From Vibrio chanodichtyis (lineage in GTDB: Bacteria; Pseudomonadota; Gammaproteobacteria; Enterobacterales; Vibrionaceae), in contig NZ_JARBFT010000012.1 in the NCBI RefSeq assembly GCF_028863985.1, positions 53,279 to 77,278 of the forward strand: a stretch of DNA of 24,000 bases, given 5' to 3'. Under the pieces are notes generated by a model that was not told where the DNA came from, ran no database searches, and worked only from the letters and a program-made list of their open reading frames with translations. Shown in pieces: positions 20,110 to 24,000 of the stretch; the first letter of the stretch is position 1; each line of letters starts with the position of its first letter. The position numbers were made by a program, and so were the translations under genes.

Positions 20110-20565
20110 ATGCAAACTAAACTCGATGATCTGGATCGCGCCATTTTGAAGATTTTGATGGACGACGCTCGCACGCCCTATGCCGAAATGGCTAAACAAT
20201 TTAATGTAAGCCCAGCAACCATTCACGTGCGAATTGAAAAGATGAAAGCTAGTGATGTCATTCAAGGCACAGAAGTGGTGGTTAACACTAAAAAACTCGG
20301 CTACGACGTTTGCTGCTTTATTGGCATTAATTTGAATGCGGCGCGCGATTACCACTCTGCACTCGCCAAACTAAACGCACTCGATGAGGTGGTGGAAGCT
20401 TATTACACCACTGGAGCCTATAATATTTTCGTCAAACTGATGTGTCGTTCAATTGAAGAGCTACAGCATGTGTTGATTGACAAGCTGCAAGCGATTGATG
20501 AAGTACAGTCCACTGAAACATTGATCTCATTACAAAATCCCATCAATCGCAACGTCAATCCCTAA
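20110..20565 (+). CDS. asnC: Lrp/AsnC-family transcriptional regulator, AsnC orthologue
   Basis: 151 aa, collinear with E. coli AsnC over the whole length: LD..IL..LM..ART.YAE.AKQF.VSP.TIHVR.EKMK, LGYDV.CFIGI.L..A.DY.SALAKL..LDEV.EAYYTTG.Y.IF.K.MCRSI..LQHVLI.K.Q.IDE.QSTETLI.LQNPI.R. Confidence 0.9.
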   Translation: MQTKLDDLDRAILKILMDDARTPYAEMAKQFNVSPATIHVRIEKMKASDVIQGTEVVVNTKKLGYDVCCFIGINLNAARDYHSALAKLNALDEVVEAYYTTGAYNIFVKLMCRSIEELQHVLIDKLQAIDEVQSTETLISLQNPINRNVNP

Positions 20566-20651
20566 CCAGTTAGCCGATACCGATATAAATCGTCTGGCTA
20601 CTTAAGTTAATAACATGAAACAAAAGATAACGCTGTCGGTGATAGCTGCCG

Positions 20652-20936
20652 TTAACGTTTTTTGAGGTAATCGAGTAGTTCTTCAGCAGAAATGCCTTGT
20701 TGCACCAGCTGCTTAGCCATAGCTTCAACTTGCTCGCCTTTGCGCGATTCGATAACTTGCTGGAACTGATAAATCAAATCGCGCAGTACAGTCAGAGGGA
20801 CTTGTTTAGCGGCGCTACGAATACGTTCGCTGCTTTGATTGCCTAATTCATTAAGCAATTTTCCATACATCACCTTTTCTGGAGATTCTTCTAGCTGCTC
20901 TAGAATGCGAGCCATTTCATAGGTGGTTAGAGACAT
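20652..20936 (-). CDS. tsrA: Small H-NS-oligomerisation-domain-like regulator lacking a DNA-binding domain (TsrA-like)
   Basis: 94 aa. Residues ~45-94 (PLTVLRDLIYQFQQVIESRKGEQ...MAKQLVQQGISAEELLDYL) parallel E. coli H-NS residues ~22-80 ([23 protein letters not shown]...YREMLIADGIDPNELLNSL). The H-NS C-terminal DNA-binding region (TWTGQGRTP) is absent. The neighbourhood (asnC, M24 aminopeptidase) matches what I recall for V. cholerae tsrA (VC0070). The symbol rests on recollection plus context, not on a search. Confidence 0.65.
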   Translation of the reverse strand: MSLTTYEMARILEQLEESPEKVMYGKLLNELGNQSSERIRSAAKQVPLTVLRDLIYQFQQVIESRKGEQVEAMAKQLVQQGISAEELLDYLKKR

Positions 20937-21269
20937 AGTGTTTTGGATTCCAAACGGTTAGTCAATCGTGAAAAGGCCAACAATATACACAGGAAGCACA
21001 CTGAGTAAAATAGCCTTGGTACGCATTTTTTCAGCGCCATACTGCTTCATCTTTAGTAATCACCACCAGAATAAATAAACAACCAACACCAACCACTCTT
21101 ATTTCAACCGATCACACCCGTTGATGTGCTAGACCAAAGCTCAAGTGATAGCCAGATATTTGCGCAGCACAGCTAAAAAGAGTAGCTTATTCTTTCTCGT
21201 TCACTCACAACCCATTGAATAGTTGTAAGCGATAAAACAACGGACTGTTTTGAAAAAGGATTATCTCAG

Positions 21270-23066
21270 ATGCCAAACTGTCATACTCAGCGCCTCGCCG
21301 ATTTTCGTCTCTGGCTGCACACTCAACAACTCGACGCGTTTATTGTGCCTCATGAAGATGAGTACCTCGGTGAATATATTCCCGCGCATAATGAGCGGTT
21401 AAATTGGCTAACCGGTTTTACTGGCTCGGCGGGCGCTGCAGTCGTCACCACCAAGCATGCCGCCATTTTTGTTGATGGTCGCTATACCGTACAAGTACGC
21501 AAACAGGTAGCAGCCGAACAGTTCGCCTACCATCATCTGATTGAAGAGCCCTATCTCGCTTGGCTAATCAAGCAGCTTCCTGCTAGATCCAAGGTCGGCT
21601 ATGACCCTCGAATGCATCGTGGTAGTTGGCTCACGCAAGCGCAAAAACAGCTAGCAGATCATCAGATTACCTTATGCCCCGTAACAAGCAATCCGATTGA
21701 TCAACTGTGGTATGACCGGCCAGCGCCAGCAGTATCTGAAATGCGTTTGATGCCATTGGCAAGCGTAGGACAAACTAGCTTAGCCAAGCGTCAGTTGATC
21801 GCCAAAACCCTCGCAGATAAACATGCCGATTGTGTAGTGTTAACTGAGCTAGATTCGATCGCTTGGCTGCTCAACATCCGCGGTTTAGATGTATCACGCT
21901 TACCGGTTTTACTCTGTCACGCCATCGTCCACCGTGATACCAGCGTCGATTTTTTCCTCGACCCAACACGCTTGGCCATCGGCTTTGCCTCGCATGTTGG
22001 CGGCACGGTGCGTGTTCATCATCCTCATCAACTGGAGCCACAGCTACGCCAATTATCCACTCATCGAGTGATGATTGATTCTGCCACTAGCAACGCTTGG
22101 TTGACCCTTACTTTGCAAAATAGCGGCGCGCAACTGATCAATGATAGTGATCCTTGCTTACTACCAAAAGCGGCAAAAAACAGTACCGAAATTGCAGGTA
22201 TGCAAGCTTGTCATATCCGTGATGGTGCGGCGATGGTACATTTTCTTGCTTGGCTTGATAGTGAAGTGGCTAACGGCCAGCTACATAACGAAGCACTACT
22301 GGCCGCGCAGCTCGAAACATTCCGCCGCCAAGATCCAACTCTGGTCGATCTCAGTTTTGACACGATATCAGCCGCTGGTACTAATGCAGCAATGTGTCAC
22401 TACAATCATCAAAATCAACCAGAACCAGGGCAACTGACACTCAATAGCCTGTATTTAGTCGATTCAGGTGGCCAATACCTTGATGGCACCACAGATATCA
22501 CTCGCACGATAGCAATTGGTGAAGTGAATGCGGAAATGAAGCAGCAATTTACTCTCGTGCTTAAAGGTCATATTGCTCTAGCTCGCGCGCGCTTCCCCAA
22601 GGGCACCACTGGATCACAACTTGACGTATTGGCTAGACAACATTTGTGGGCACACGGTTATGACTATGATCACGGCACGGGGCATGGTGTGGGCCACTTC
22701 TTAAGTGTGCATGAAGGTCCGCAGCGGATTTCAAAAGTAGCGAATAACGTAGTTCTACTTCCAGGCATGGTGTTATCGAATGAGCCTGGTTATTACCGGA
22801 CAGATGCATTTGGGATCCGGATTGAGAACTTAGAATTAGTAACTGAATTTGCGACTCAGGGTGATTATGCGATGCTTGGTTTTAAATCTCTCACCCGTTG
22901 TCCAATCGATAAACGAGCCATTGTAGTAGATTGGCTAACCAAGCCAGAGTTGAACTGGCTTAATCAATATCATCAAACGGTATGGCACGAAGTCAGTCCT
23001 CTGATCCACGATGAGCAGACTCGCCACTGGTTAGCTGAAGCTACGTCACCGCTCACCCATACATAA
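21270..23066 (+). CDS. M24B-family Xaa-Pro aminopeptidase (aminopeptidase P family, long form with creatinase-like N-terminal domains)
   Basis: 598 aa. The C-terminal pita-bread catalytic domain has metal ligands in context: YLVDSGGQYLDGTTDITRT, HGTGHGVGHFLSVHEGP, SNEPGYY, GIRIENL. The N-terminal ~300 aa resemble the creatinase/prolidase N domain. Confidence 0.9.
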   Translation: MPNCHTQRLADFRLWLHTQQLDAFIVPHEDEYLGEYIPAHNERLNWLTGFTGSAGAAVVTTKHAAIFVDGRYTVQVRKQVAAEQFAYHHLIEEPYLAWLIKQLPARSKVGYDPRMHRGSWLTQAQKQLADHQITLCPVTSNPIDQLWYDRPAPAVSEMRLMPLASVGQTSLAKRQLIAKTLADKHADCVVLTELDSIAWLLNIRGLDVSRLPVLLCHAIVHRDTSVDFFLDPTRLAIGFASHVGGTVRVHHPHQLEPQLRQLSTHRVMIDSATSNAWLTLTLQNSGAQLINDSDPCLLPKAAKNSTEIAGMQACHIRDGAAMVHFLAWLDSEVANGQLHNEALLAAQLETFRRQDPTLVDLSFDTISAAGTNAAMCHYNHQNQPEPGQLTLNSLYLVDSGGQYLDGTTDITRTIAIGEVNAEMKQQFTLVLKGHIALARARFPKGTTGSQLDVLARQHLWAHGYDYDHGTGHGVGHFLSVHEGPQRISKVANNVVLLPGMVLSNEPGYYRTDAFGIRIENLELVTEFATQGDYAMLGFKSLTRCPIDKRAIVVDWLTKPELNWLNQYHQTVWHEVSPLIHDEQTRHWLAEATSPLTHT

Positions 23067-23097
23067 CTAATTGGTTTCAGTAATAACATTAGATAAG

Positions 23098-23125
23098 AAA
23101 ACCGCCAATAAGGCGGTTTTTTTGG
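23098..23125 (+). terminator. Rho-independent terminator of the aminopeptidase gene
   Basis: AAACCGCC-aataa-GGCGGTTT stem followed by a T-run (TTTTTGG), 32 nt after the stop codon. Confidence 0.85.
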
Positions 23126-23619
23126 TTTATCAGCCATCGATAATAGAATAGGGTTCGGAATTAAGTATATGTTTCACGTGAAACATCCTGAGTCTAACAT
23201 ATCGCGGCTCGAGCAAGAGACAATGCATATTCGAGCGGAAAATCCGAGACCAAAGTCAATAAAATGTAAACTAGGAGCTGATGTTGCCGATCACTAAACG
23301 TTATGAGTCCTGCAGTAGTATTTCGGCCAGCAATTTATCCTTTGACCAATAGCCGAGCACTTTTGCGAATAATGTGACGCTAACAGCGGTGATATTGGTC
23401 CGGCTACTGCCCATTCTCATATTCTTCAATTAAGTTGTGTCAGCTATCGCTTGAAAGATAAATGTCGTTGGGGAGTAATACCTGAGTGAAGTGGATCAGT
23501 TTTCTGTGCTCGTTGACAGATCCCAAAGAAACCGTTTTAACTAGATGGCATGTCGATAAATGGCGACATTATAATAGCAAAGCTTATCGGCTGGCCAAGT
23601 AACATACTTGAGTCTCTGT

Positions 23620-24000
23620 TCAACTTTTTATTAACCAGTAAAAACCCAACCATGCAGCAGAAATACTCAATAGAACGTTCAAAAGGATATTTGCTGCCAT
23701 CTTCACAAACGCACCTTGCTGCATTAAAAATACATTATCGATTGAGAAAGTAGAAAAGGTCGTCAATGCCCCAAGAAAACCAAAGCCAATGACTGCTTTC
23801 CATGGATAGGGACTTAACCATTCATTTTCAATACATGCGATAAGTAGCCCCATAATAAATGAACCGATAACATTCACTGCTAACGTACCAATCGGGAAAC
23901 CACGTCCAAACAGGGTGATACATATTTCAGAAACCAAGAAACGTGCACACGCCCCTAGCGCACCACCTAATGCAATAAAGCCCAATACCGATAACGACAT
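23620..24000 (-). CDS. crcB: Fluoride ion channel CrcB/FluC
   Basis: 126 aa with 4 TM segments. Family motifs are present: GG.LGA..R, P.GTL.VN..G.F..G and GF.GALTTFSTFS. The ATG lies exactly at the window edge (23998-24000), so the 5' UTR, where a fluoride riboswitch would normally sit, is outside the window. Confidence 0.9.
   Translation of the reverse strand: MSLSVLGFIALGGALGACARFLVSEICITLFGRGFPIGTLAVNVIGSFIMGLLIACIENEWLSPYPWKAVIGFGFLGALTTFSTFSIDNVFLMQQGAFVKMAANILLNVLLSISAAWLGFYWLIKS

Noticed and set aside
654-22437. Many 60-130-aa ORFs in the track that are nested in, or antisense to, the long conserved genes. Examples: 654..842-, 962..1192+, 2422..2625-, 2791..3000+, 3323..3529+, 5125..5334+, 5839..6075-, 5912..6103+, 6068..6355-, 6631..6837-, 6951..7217-, 6987..7352+, 9394..9657+, 9602..9793+, 9748..9990+, 9817..10011-, 10078..10317+, 10357..10746-, 10571..10807+, 10810..11034-, 11199..11462+, 11887..12090+, 12104..12286+, 12840..13058+, 16350..16634+, 16558..16764-, 18702..19160+, 19055..19285+, 19246..19611-, 19515..19751+, 20089..20355-, 21889..22071+, 22141..22437+.
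   Set aside because: Each overlaps a gene whose product aligns full-length with a well-characterised protein. Their translations are low-complexity or Cys/Trp/Arg-rich with no recognisable motifs and no RBS, which is typical of off-frame and antisense noise.
23151-23163. GGGTTCGGAATT, superficially like a tRNA T-arm (GGTTCGAATCC). It could have marked a tRNA remnant or island attachment site.
   Set aside because: No complementary T-stem, acceptor stem or CCA context is present. There is no integrase or direct repeat nearby, and the match is only to the loop core.
23550-23753. 67-aa + strand ORF overlapping the crcB 3' end.
   Set aside because: As a protein-coding gene it lacks an RBS, and two-thirds of it is antisense to a conserved membrane-protein gene. 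It is kept only as a speculative element of the LexA-like/-35 finding.
1-24000. Search by eye for CRISPR repeats, IS inverted repeats, integrase/transposase/phage ORFs, long direct repeats, restriction-modification or toxin-antitoxin pairs, CRP boxes (TGTGA-N6-TCACA) and Fur boxes near ftnA.
   Set aside because: None found. All TGTGA occurrences lack a matching right half-site, and the ftnA upstream region shows no GATAATGATAATCATTATC-like sequence. A computational repeat or motif scan would be needed to exclude weak instances.

Overview
The window reads as a densely packed housekeeping segment of a gammaproteobacterial chromosome. It is most consistent with the large chromosome of a Vibrio or other Vibrionaceae, judged from protein similarity and gene order recalled from E. 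coli and V. cholerae, not from any search. Gene order is glpE-glpG > < fliL-like | ubiC-ubiA > < plsB | lexA > dinF > < tatC-tatB-tatA-ubiB-ubiJ-ubiE-rmuC < yhiN < uspB-ftnA | uspA-DMT transporter > < Cys-rich small ORF-rsmJ | asnC > < tsrA-like | M24 aminopeptidase > < crcB. Nearly every long ORF aligns by eye along its full length with a well-known E. coli protein. Several ORF-track starts look over-extended and are trimmed in the feature list. I found no rRNA or tRNA genes, CRISPR arrays, IS elements, integrases, phage genes, long repeats, or recognisable defence or toxin modules. I therefore do not see a multi-gene novel system here. The items worth a second look are small-scale. (1) An uncharacterised Cys4 plus polybasic protein lies downstream of rsmJ. 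(2) A 94-aa protein resembles only the H-NS oligomerisation domain (TsrA-like), with a possible 30-codon hydrophobic ORF upstream. (3) A ~490-bp stretch with no convincing ORF lies between the aminopeptidase gene and crcB. It holds a perfect 14-bp palindrome and a CTGT-N8-ACAG motif overlapping a consensus -35 hexamer. (4) SOS-related signals include a double LexA box at lexA, a LexA-like palindrome upstream of rmuC, and an intrinsic terminator that separates lexA from dinF. (5) A 101-nt tatB-tatC spacer carries a terminator-like hairpin.
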